64,000 bases of DNA from Vitrella brassicaformis CCMP3155 (Eukaryota; Protista; Chromerida), in assembly GCA_001179505.1 (NCBI GenBank), contig CDMY01000366.1, forward strand, positions 124,001 to 188,000. The letters are read 5' to 3'. The notes beneath the pieces are model-generated. The model did not search any database, was not told where the DNA came from, and saw only the letters and a list, made by a program, of their open reading frames with translations. A program made the position numbers and the translations under genes. Of this stretch, positions 12,079 to 25,490 are shown piece by piece (within the stretch, counting starts at the first letter, position 1; each line of letters starts with the position of its first letter).

Positions 12079-13938
12079 TCAGGCACTCTGACATGCCACC
12101 TCCGCCCCCCCCAGGCCCTCCCCGCTGTGCCGTCTCAACCACTTACCCATGTCAGGTAAGGCGTGCTTGAGGGTGTAGAGCGTCGTCATCAGGAGCACCC
12201 CGCAGCACAGCAGCAGCGCCCCGGCCCACCCGATTCCGCCCAGCAGGAGGCCGCCGCCCCCCGACCCAATGGCGGCCAGGCCGAAGACGCAAATCTCATT
12301 GAAGCCTTGGACCTTGGCCGTCTCGTCGTGCGGCTCCTTGCGATATGACGAGGCCAAGAGGGTCGTTGCCGAGACAAACATCCAGTTCCAAGCCAGGCCC
12401 ACACCACCTGATGTGAATGAGCCGAGCCGATATGTTTGCATGGAGAGCGGGTGGGTGGTGCATTCATTTCGTTGCTCACTCACCCAGTCCAGCGATTTGG
12501 CCGACTAACGTGCCTTTGAGGAAGATGAGAACCACAAGGCTCAACAGGAACACTGCATGCCATGCAGCACACAGCCACGCACGCAACGCAAGAGGAAGGG
12601 AGGGATGAGTGGATGACCGGTCGGTCCTCAGCTCGTCTCGTCAGTAAGTATGCATGTCATTGCCTACCGAGCTCTCCCGCGAGAACCGTCCCAATTGTGC
12701 CGAGCACCCGGTCAATCAAATACCCCGTCGCAAATGAAGGGATGAACATGCCTGCACACCGACACCACAACAACAGGAACACACAACATAGTACGTACTA
12801 TCATGTCTCCCTCCCTCCCTCCCTCCCTCCCTCCCGTGTTGGTTGTCTTTTGCGTAGTTTCCATACATGCAATGTGTGTCTGGATGACCACCGTCACCTC
12901 GCGGGCCGAAAAACCCAGCAGCTCCATGGCAATTGGCGTTGGCGTCATGACCAGGATCATCATGCTGTACGCCACAGCGGCAGTCACGACGCTCAGCCGC
13001 ACAGACGGGCTCTCCTTCAGAATGCGCCACAAACTCCGCGGCCCCTCTGGTGGTGACGCCGGAGTGGGCGTGGAGGCGTCAGAGTCGTCGAGACACGTGG
13101 CGGTCGACTTGTTGGACAGACCCACAACCGGCCCCTCGGCATCTTCTTCCTTGCCCGTGACCTCCTCGGGCTCTATCTCCACCACGCAGCCCGCCTCATT
13201 CTTCTCGTCTGTGTCGTCTCTTTTAAGCGGGCTGGGTAGCTGCTGCTTCTGAGACGCCAGCGGCTTTACCTTCAGCAGGAGCGTGCAGGCGAAGGCCAAC
13301 AGGTACGGGATGGCCAGAGCGGCATAGGCCGTGGCGAAGGCATAGTTGGACACACTCCCGATCTCAGGCTCCTCCTCAACCCCCCGCGGCAAGGCGTCAT
13401 ACACCTCCTCGCCCCCGATGGTCGAGCTGAACCTGCTGCCCCCCTGTGCCAGTTCAGGACCCAGGAAAGCCCCGAACACAGCGCCTCCCAGCACCAGCGA
13501 AATGGAGTACGGCCTGAAGGATGGCCGGCAGATGCGCGGGTCGAGCGAGGCAAATCGGTGCAGCTGGGCCGAGGCTTGCGCTACGCCGAAGAAGACGGCC
13601 CCCAGACAGAAGAGCAGAAACGAGTTGACGGCCATAGCGAGGCACGACACCGCCGTGGCGGGCACGCCCACGACGCTGGCGACGCCGAAGACCAGCCGAT
13701 AGCCGCGTGTGCGCGTGAGGTGTGCGAGTGGGAAGGACGCGAGGCAGTGGACAAGGAAGCAGGTGAAGTTGGGCAGCGTGGCGGCTGACTCATTCGGGTA
13801 GACAGCGAAGGCCGCGCGTGACGATGTGGCGAGGTTGCCGGCGACGACCGAGAAGTTGAGAGCGTAGCTGAGGACAAGCAGTGAGATGTTCCGTCCCTGG
13901 TGAGGCGGCGCAGCGTCCTCTTCGCCTCCAGACTTCAT
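12079..13938 (-). CDS. Major facilitator superfamily transporter, RfnT-like
   Basis: Many TM helices. Motifs AQLHRFASLD, ISLVLGGAVFGAFLGPELA, MILVMTPTPIAM, QTHIACMFIPSFATGYLIDR, VGLAWNWMFVSATTLL and KVQGFNE follow the motif order I recall for the bacterial RfnT-type MFS. Confidence 0.8.
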
Positions 13939-14146
13939 CGCGATCAACCGATGGAGCAGACGGACTCACTCACCGGGAAGAATCCCTCCGCAAAGTCACT
14001 CTGCTGGACGATGGGTGTGTTGTGCGTGATAATGTCGGCGAACAGCGACGGCATTTGCGAGCTCGCACTTTCTGCGAGCTTTTGATCTTCATTCCCCACG
14101 CGGACCGCATACGCCTCGTCCGTCGGTCCTTGCAAGTGAGAGGATC

Positions 14147-16864
<2,718 letters not shown>

Positions 16865-17113
16865 TGGGTGGAGGAACAAATGAACACAGAGGGAGGGATG
16901 AGAGGGGGAAAGGGATGAGACATCCATCCATCCATCCACCCAAAATGCGTGAGTCTTGACAAGGGCGAGAATGGCGGGTTGGTGCTAGTTGTCCACTGAC
17001 TCAGCGAGGGGAGGGAGGGAGGGAGGGAGGGAGGAGGGATCTCTGTGATGACCGTGTGGCTGTCTCTAATTTGGACGTAGTATCTGCCTGCCGTGTGTCA
17101 AGGGCCGGCCGAC

Positions 17114-19149
17114 ATGGCTTCTTGGCGACGCGTGGCTGCCTTCCGTCATGCCTGCCATGCTGCCTTTGCCTCAGGCAGGCAGTCGACAGACAGACAGACA
17201 CGCACGCATTTTTTCGCTGTCAACTGTTTCGTCCATAGATGCACCGTTGCGTGCGTCAGCCAGTCCACGGCGTGCATGTGCGTGTTGCAGTGCAGTCAGT
17301 GGCGGTTGTGACATGGACTCGATGCATGTGATATTATCGTCTTCAACCAACCGGCGCTCCACTCTCCGTGTGGCCCCAAGACGAAGTGGGGCCAGGGCCA
17401 AGCCAGGGGGGGAGGGATGAACGGGCTGGTACCTGCTGGCTGTTTTCAGCCGCGGGAGGTGTTTAGATCCATCAATGCACAGGAAGGGGCAACCAACCTG
17501 GTACGTACGCATATGTCACAACAACACAATGCGATGCCGCGCAGTGAAATGTGGCATGATGCAGTCGTTGGAGGAATGGCGATGGCTGGACTACAAGAGG
17601 GGGCGGACAGTGGCACCTGATAGGCCACGGGGATCTCCTCAAACGCCCTTTCGACCCAACACTGTGGCTGAGCCCGACGGAGCCCTTTCGACCTATCATT
17701 GCCTGCCATCTCAGATCTTTGAGGTAGGTCCGTCACGCTCAGCACTCCATGTGCATGCATAGTACACCTTTGCGCTTGCCTGTGGGTGGCATCCATGGGT
17801 CGATGGATGGGCGGATGCATTGCATGCAGAGTTGTGAGGAGGTACGATGGCGCGACTACACACTCGGAAAAAAACGTACGCACTCACACAAAAGACACAC
17901 ACGGCCGCCTCGATCACTTCCACTCTCTCTCTCTGTGTGTGTGTGTGTGTGTATAGCAGCAACGAAAGAACTGGTGGAGATCGTCTCTGTCGTGTACGTA
18001 CGCGGCAACACCATATAGCAGGCTGTTGTCGGCCGGGCCCCTTGTTTGTTGGCCTGCATGAACTGAGTGCAGGGACTGGGCAACTGCGAGATGGAAGGCC
18101 CACAATGACGAGTCTTCCTTCTGTCCGCCGAGGAAGAACGAGTGAGTGTACTGAGTGGGAGACAGGAGGACCGAGAGAAGTTGACTGACGACGTTCGTTG
18201 CATGTCTGTGTCCTGTGCAGTCACAAGGAGGTGATTAATCGTGTGGACAAGTGGTTCACCGCATCGCTCAAGCAAGCCAAGACAACGTACGCATGCCAAC
18301 CTCACTTATACACCCATCCGTCGCGAGACGCACATGCACGTTCTCTCATTACTTGTGACGCATGCATGCATGCATCTGTGCAGGAGGTCTGAGCAGCTGG
18401 AGTCTGCAGAACAGGACAGGTGAGCGGCGGCCTACTTATATCGCGCGTCTCATGCCTGCCTGCATCTGTCTGTATGCGCCTCTTCAGGCCATTCAGGCCC
18501 CCTGCCGCCGCCGCCGCTGCTGCTGCTGCTGCTTCTGCTGGCGACCTTTCAGACGACTCCCCCACCAGTCGGTTCATCAAGCGGCTGAATGAGCTGCTGG
18601 CCATGCTGTCACTCATGGAAAGCATCGCACAGACCCATATCAACCAGGGCGGCCTCTCGCCTGCCAGCCATGTCAAGGCCTCCCTGCTTGTCAAGGCCCT
18701 GCGGGTATATTGTAGTATGCACACCTGCAGAGCCTTCAGATCGTTCTACGTTGCATTCAGGAACGGAGCAAGATATTGGTCGCTGAGCTGTCCGACGCCG
18801 GCAAGGAGCAGAAGATACAGGAGACGGCTGGCGGAGGGGCTGGGAGGGAGGTACGCAGGGCACACACAAGGGAATGCATCAACCCACCAACCGGCGCGTG
18901 ACCCCTTCGTTGTCTCTTTTTCGCATTCAGAAGCCCCGGGAGTGTCCGGATCGCAGTGAGAGGTCGACGGTGCTGACGCCGTGCTCAACGAACGTGATAG
19001 AGAAAGAGCCTGCGAGACATCGCTTGATGTTCGCGCCGATGATATGCGAGGCGTGTCTGTTCATGTACCCCGTGTTTGGATACACGGAAGAGGCGGTGTG
19101 CATCTGTCCGAGATGCAGCTTTAACAGGTCACTCCCGAGAGAAACATAG
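17114..19149 (+). CDS. Hypothetical protein with two GLEBS-like repeats, a poly-Ala run and a C-terminal C4 zinc ribbon
   Basis: Spliced exons give FRSINAQEGATNL|SLEEWRWLDYKRGR and YHCLPSQIFE|SCEEVRWRDYTLGKK. The last exon has CEAC...CPRC before TAG at 19147-19149. The 5' end is uncertain (alternative ATG at 17417). Confidence 0.6.
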
Positions 19150-19385
19150 AAAAATCGATGGAGAATGGTCTCGGGAGTGTGCGTGCATGCATCAACAGAG
19201 CCGGCATGGTGTGCATGATTGAGGGACAGATGCGTGATCGACATTCTTGCCTTGAAAAGCTTGCCATTCACTGGTGGGGACACATGCAGTGGGTCTCACT
19301 TTGCCAATTCGGTGTGAACGAGCGTGCAGTAGACAAACAAAGAAACGCACATACCATCAGCTGGCTGACACGCAGTCTACGTTAC

Positions 19386-22300
19386 TCACTCTTCCATTGT
19401 CACATCTTTGAATGGCTCGTCAGGGGTGTGACCATCGCTGTTTACGGCCACGGCAGCTGGGGGCACTGTGGCGGTCTCTGCCGCCGCGGCAGCATCTCCC
19501 TCCTTACGTGCTGCGGGCTCTGGCTCCTCGGCGGGCTGCTGCTGCTCCTCTTGGGCGGGGAGCGCCCAGGTGTAGTTGGCGGCTTGACGGGGGTGCTGAT
19601 GCATATTAAAGAAGGCGTTGATGTAGCTCTGCACAGATACACACATACGTGTACGGAGTTCTCTGGCAGGGGTGGGTCAGTGATTGCGTATTACCGTGCC
19701 TTTGTAGTGGATGGGGCCGTACTCGAGAACCTCGGTGAAGAAGTAGGAAGTCTGCGGTTGACACACAAACAACATACATACCGCCGACGGACGCACACCA
19801 GGACGGATGTGTGTATGGATGTCTCGTGCTGGCTGTCTGGCCGTCTGTGTGGACCGACCGTCACAGTGCTGAGGACAGCTCCTGGGACATCCATCCATCC
19901 ACCCAGCCACCCACCCACGACACAAACAAGAGGAGACACAGCCACAGACGGAAGACAGACATATGATGCTTGCTGTAGGGACATGCATGTACATGTTCTC
20001 GGGCACTCATTCTTCACTCACCTGCGGGCCATCCCAGCAGATCTCCGTCGACCTTGTCCCCGGTCACGTCGTTGACGAGGTTATCGCGGAAGGTCATGGC
20101 GGGACCACTGTTGTCAAAACCATACGCTGCAGAGGGACACATGTACACAGATAGCCACAAGCACGCGGTGTTCTCCCACCCATCCGTTGTCCACCGACCG
20201 ACCTTGCAGCAAGCTCGAGACGAACATGGCCTGATCGAAGGAGTGAACAAAACATCAGCCTCACGTGTGGTGTGTGGGGAGGGGGCAGGTGTTCGTGTAC
20301 CTTGAAGCATGCAAAGTAGTTGAATGGATTGAGCTTCATGGACTGGTTGTTCTCCGGGTTGACCCACATATGGCCGTCCCTCAGCACCAGGTTGCACATC
20401 TTGGGCGCCCTCTCCTTGAAGTGGGGGAAGTTGTTTTCGAGGTCGTCCTGCCCTGTCTCAACCGCTGGCAGGATATCGGGTTTGGAGAAATCGGCCACTC
20501 CGGCGGCCTCCATTTCTCCCGCCAGGTAGCCTATCACGTTGCCCGTCTTCTGTATGTTGAAACGGACATTTCGTGCTATCTGACAACCACACACATCACA
20601 TGCCACTCACACAACTTGTGCTCGCAGGGCACGGAGGTTCGCTTTGCTTTGCTTGCCGTGATTTTCTCTTTGATGTCTCGTGGTATGGGGTATGCGATGC
20701 CGCCGTTGGATGGCAGGGTGTTTTGCATCAGGAACGTGTCGATGAGGGTCTTGCACTCGCGGTTTGTTCTCTTCACCTCATCGGGCGCAAGATCCGACCT
20801 CACCGCCCCCACCAGCTGACCGACCATATCAGAAAAAGGAAGTTTGCACGTGGCTACAATCAGAATGTGTCTCACACTGTCCTTCTGTCTGATTGCGCGT
20901 GTGTGTGTGTCTCCATCCATCCATCCATGTATGCGTGCATGCCTTGGTGCAGGGGATATCTTCCGCGCTTGGAATCCTGCGAGGTAGGTGTGTGTCACAC
21001 ACGGGAAATCCTTGATTTTTCCTTAAATTGCTCCGACTACCTGATCTTGTAGTCGTCGGACTGTAGGTCGGTAACATCGAAGCCCAGCCGCTTGCAGGCA
21101 CTAGAGGTCCCTTCCTGGTAGTGTCTCCACAGAACTCCTGCAGCCCGATGAGCTCGTTGTCGTTGGCGTCTACCACCTTGTAGCGGCCGCCCGACTTCTC
21201 GAAGGTGACGTCCCCGGCTGCACACGGCTGCTCCCAATCTGCACGCGAATACACACACACACACGCACACACACACACACACACAATGCAGGGAGGCATC
21301 CACGTCTATCGCTTGGCCTACTTTCGTTGAAGCATGGGTGTACGCACACTTCCTTGTTCGGCCCCTGTCGGAATTTCATGTTCGAACAGGCCACCTTGAT
21401 CACAATGGCACGCGCACGGTTGATGCTGCGAGACAGCCAGCGACACAGACAGCCAAGAGTGCAGCCATGGATCGATTCAAGACACACACACAGCACACGG
21501 CGCCACACTGGTGACTGACTGACTGACTGACCCACCCGAGGTTCATGAAGGATGTGGCGAAGATTGGAATGTCCTCTCTCAGGTAGGGCACCATGGCGTT
21601 CCGTCGATCGACGCCGCGGTTGACGTATCCTGTGTCCAGCAGACCTTGGTGGATGGACGAGCGCTGGCCTGTGTAGGGGAACGCTATCTGCGCACTGGCA
21701 CCACCGATCTCCATCATACCCACCTGCGCACCGCATCCACGCAGAGACACGCAGGCACAATGAATGGACAGTGAGCCAGCGACTGGCTGACCGACCGACC
21801 GACCGGCTGGAGATTGGCGGGCATGGTGATCTTGCGGTCATTTTCGACGAACGGAGATGACTCGAAGAGCCAGTCGCTGAAGGCCGGCAGGGGTGAGTGT
21901 GTCTTCTTGCTGCCTTTCAGCCCGCTCATGATCTCCTTGGCGGCGAGCTTCCACCCGGTCCCGGCGCTGTTCGCGGGGCTGTACTTGTATTGGCAGGGGG
22001 AGGTCGAGCCGCGACAGGCCCACTTGAGCAGCTCGCCGATGAACAGGTTGACGGCAAGGAACGCATACACTGCCTCCTGGCAGGTACACAGACACAGAGA
22101 TACTGCCGCTGTCTGTCTCTAAGTCAATCACTTGTTTACCTCTGATCCAGACACCCGACGGCCAGTGGACCTGAACAGGAAGCAAAGCAAAACAAAGCTC
22201 TTTGACAATGAGTGAGTCCATCCATCGGGCTGACTGACTGACTGACGGACTCGGTGCAGAAAAGGTTGATGCCCTTCAGGCTTGCATATTTGTTGATGAC

Positions 22301-23357
22301 GCTTCGCGCGGCCGAGAAGATCCGCTTGGATATGTCAGAGGGCAGATCACGGACACCTGCACTCAGTCATGCACTCGATCATTCGCTCGTTGACGGCAGT
22401 GGAGACAGACACACGAAGAGAGACAGACAGAGCGAGAGGCTTGTGACTGAGTGGCTGACCTGCTGTTGCGAAGATCATGACAGGAATGTCTGTGAATGTT
22501 GGAATCGGCCTCTCAACAGGAAGTATCGGCTGCACCCACCGACCCCACCCACTCGTGTATCAGACCACATATGTATGCATGTATGAATGGACATGTATGC
22601 ATCTTGTGTAATCCATACCTTGCTCACGACCTTTTCCATAAGGTCAACGATTTTGGTAAGGAAGCTGTCGAGGTAGTCCTGCAGCACCTTCTCGTCCCTT
22701 TCGGTGTGCCACACTGCCCCGTCAGCGGATACCAACGGTTTCTCGGCCAGATCGGCGTTCGTCTCAAAAAACTTGCGGATCCCCTGCGGTGTCCTGATGT
22801 CCTCCCCGGGGTCGATCGGCTCCAGAGTGTCCCACAGAACTTTGCGGCCCTCGAAATCCGCACCTGCAGGCAACAACCAGTCGAGCCGATTTGGACGACA
22901 TGCAGGCAGCGAGAGACACAAATGTACGCGAGTACATAGTAACGTATAATGCCGATCATGCAGCGCACAACAAGTAAGTACCTGAGATGAGATGTTGTGT
23001 GTTGGTGCATGTCTCGGACAGCGCCTTGAAGAAGAATGCCGCCGTCTTGCTGGAACCGGCGTCGAGCACCACGAAGTAGTGGCGGGCAATGTGGCAGCCG
23101 TGACGGGAACCGACGTGCTGATAGCTATAAGAGGGATCCCGATCGGAATATATACTCGGAACATATACTTGATTGGAACGCAGGGCCATCCCGGAAGGAG
23201 AAAGCGTTGGTGCCTCTGCGTTGGCAAATTGTGCTTCTGCTGCTTCGGGGGGCGGCGTATTGATGCTGAAAGCGACTGCAGATGAGTCGGGGGAGGAGAG
23301 AGCTACCACCGCAAGCAGCACAGACGGAAAGGCTCTCTGCTGCTTCATCATGGCCAT
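19386..23357 (-). CDS. Secreted GDA1/CD39 nucleoside triphosphate diphosphohydrolase, Toxoplasma NTPase-like
   Basis: Signal peptide plus apyrase conserved regions: VVLDAGSSKT, IPVMIFATAGVRD, VSGSEEAVYAFLAVN, MEIGGASAQI, TSFMNLG and DLLGWPAG. About 13 exons. Confidence 0.9.
22171..22250 (-). mobile_element. Introner-like intron, copy 1 (in the NTPase gene)
   Basis: 80-nt GT-AG intron made of GTCC (duplicating the first 4 nt of the next exon) plus a 76-nt core that is 72/76 identical to the intron core at 24961-25040. Confidence 0.6.
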
Positions 23358-23841
23358 TGCAGTGACAGGTGACACGGCCGTCTCGATTCCCGCGGTTTCA
23401 CGTAAGTCTGCCGGCAGGGCCGTCCATCAGGCCGTCACACCAGCGGCAGCGACACTCGCTGTTGTCTGAGAGACGGCGGGCTGCTCGCATGCTCGTGGGG
23501 GCCGCGATCGATTTTGAAATCGATAGTGGCCCAGAAGTGTCAGCACCCGACACAGCCCCACGGATCATGCCGCCGCGAGATGATGACCTTGCTTTACGGA
23601 GAGAAAGGGCGAGATGGAAGGATATGTGTGTGGGCAAGGCTGAAAAGTCCTGGCGGGGTTCAAGCTATACAGAGGCGTCGACGGAACGCAACACATATAC
23701 TACAGGTACACCCACTTTGGCACACATGAACTGTACAGATCGGAGACAATTGTCGTCTCTACAATCGAAAAACGAGATCATACATCACCAGCACAGCTAA
23801 GCTTCTCACAGTGCTGATCCATTCAGTGCCTCCATGGTCAC

Positions 23842-25204
23842 TTAGACCGGCCTGATGGCGCTCTTCCGTAGTAGTTGCCTGTAGTAGTCTCGTGTAGTAG
23901 TTGGCAGTGGCGCCAAGAGGGAGTCGAGGGCAGGACATATCCGCAGCGCCGACACGATGCACCTGCGCACATACACACGCAGAGAGGCTGTCGACCGCTG
24001 GGTGTGTTGTGTTGGAAGCTGGCTGTGCACTTGCATACATGTCTGTGTGGTGTTGTAGGGTGACGATGAGTTTCCGCCGGTGGACGGGGATGATCACCGC
24101 CTCATAAAGCTGAACCAACACTACACGCACCGCACAGCAACAACACACCACATGCTTCCCTCCCTCCTGCGTTCCGTTTGGTCCCTGAAAGTACTGTACT
24201 GCAAACTTACTGTCTTTGTCCACCGTATCCATCGGCGCATGCGATAACCTCTGCATTGATTGACACATCGCATATATCATGTGATGTGTCTGTCAATCGA
24301 TTGAGATCATATGATGTGTCTGTCAATCGATTGAGTGCCGACTGGCTGACCTTGTCTCCAAAGGGCAGGCTCATGACAAAGAAGAGGGGCAGGGTCCACA
24401 CATTGAGAAAAAACCACCACAAAAACCACAACTGAACAACAGCAGGCGAAGAAGAACAGCCCTTGGTATGGACAGTCGATCTTTTTCGCCATTGTCCATC
24501 CTGCTGGCCTACCGATGTGCGATATCGAAAGCCGAACACGAAGGTGAGAGCCTTGGCCACGGATAATACTGAGAGCGCATGCAAGCAGCAAGGAATAACA
24601 CCCACTGCGTCTGCTGCGCTGCGGCAGGTAGGTAGCTCTGGTGCTTACATGTCACTTTGCCAACGAACAAATTCACGGGATCACGCACTATGGGCTTGGG
24701 GTACCGGTGAATGCCGTCGAGAAAACCCCAGACATTGGTCACCAAGGCAAGCAGGATGTAGAAGCCACTCGTGAACCCCAACAGCCACATTGTCACCTCC
24801 ACCGCACACAGGACCTGACGGCAGGCAGCAACCATCAAGGCATTGCAAGGAATGGGGAGAGTCGGCTTGGTGTCTTCGCGTTCGGCTGCGTACCCACACG
24901 AGGTAGGTGAGCACCCGCTTGATGTCATCGATGTCGGCCTTGTCGAGAAAACAGCCATACCTGAACAGGAAGCAAAGCAAAACAAAGCTCTTTGACAATG
25001 AGTCCATCCATCCATCGGGCTGACTGCCTGACTGACTGACAGCCATACCAATACAAACCACCAGCTGAACAGGCAAAGACACGTACACCCACATGCATCA
25101 ACTTCATCTGCTATCTTTTGTTGCTCACCGATGAGCCCGACGATGACGAATGCGCCCAGCAGATAAGAGAAGGCGGCACTCAGCGCCCACCAAATCGCGC
25201 TCAT
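23842..25204 (-). CDS. TEX261: TEX261/Svp26 (Erv26)-like multi-pass ER-Golgi cargo adaptor
   Basis: Spliced protein MSAIWWALSAAFSYLLGAFVIVGLIAGGLYWYGCFLDKADIDDIKRVLTYLVW...ALVTNVWGFLDGIHRYP...WFFLNVWTLPLFFVMSLPFGDK resembles the TEX261/Svp26 pattern as I recall it. Confidence 0.6.
24276..24335. repeat. Intronic 30-bp tandem repeat, 2 copies
   Basis: atcat(g/a)tgatgtgtctgtcaatcgattgag occurs twice with one mismatch. Confidence 0.9.
24961..25048 (-). mobile_element. Introner-like intron, copy 2 (in the TEX261-like gene)
   Basis: 88-nt GT-AG intron made of GTATGGCT (duplicating the first 8 nt of the next exon) plus an 80-nt core nearly identical to 22171-22246. This donor keeps the AGGLYWYGCFLD frame. 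Confidence 0.6.
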
Positions 25205-25490
25205 TGCAGACCTTCGATCACGTACTCCTTGCCTCTCGAAACGCGCAGCTTGATTCGACTCTGGGCGGCAAATCAGCTGCGTAGATGCCGGAGGAGGAAG
25301 CACCTCTTCGCAGCTTTGTCAAACGCGAGCTCGATTCGAAGCTAAGCTCGCAATGGAGCGGACTCCTTCTTACGGTGGACGCGAGGTGCAGCAACATCTC
25401 ATTTGAGTGATCTTGTTGCCGATCGGACAAGTCCCCGCTGCTTGCTCGCCCATAAGGCCCGTGCCCTCATTCCTTCTTCTGGTTGGCGCC

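Noticed and set aside
11352-12159. ORFs of 150-226 aa spanning the first N run
   Set aside because: They are artefacts of translating N as X, with no coding signal.
24276-24335. 30-bp direct repeat with an internal palindrome, superficially CRISPR-like
   Set aside because: There are only two adjacent copies, no spacers, and it lies within a eukaryotic intron.
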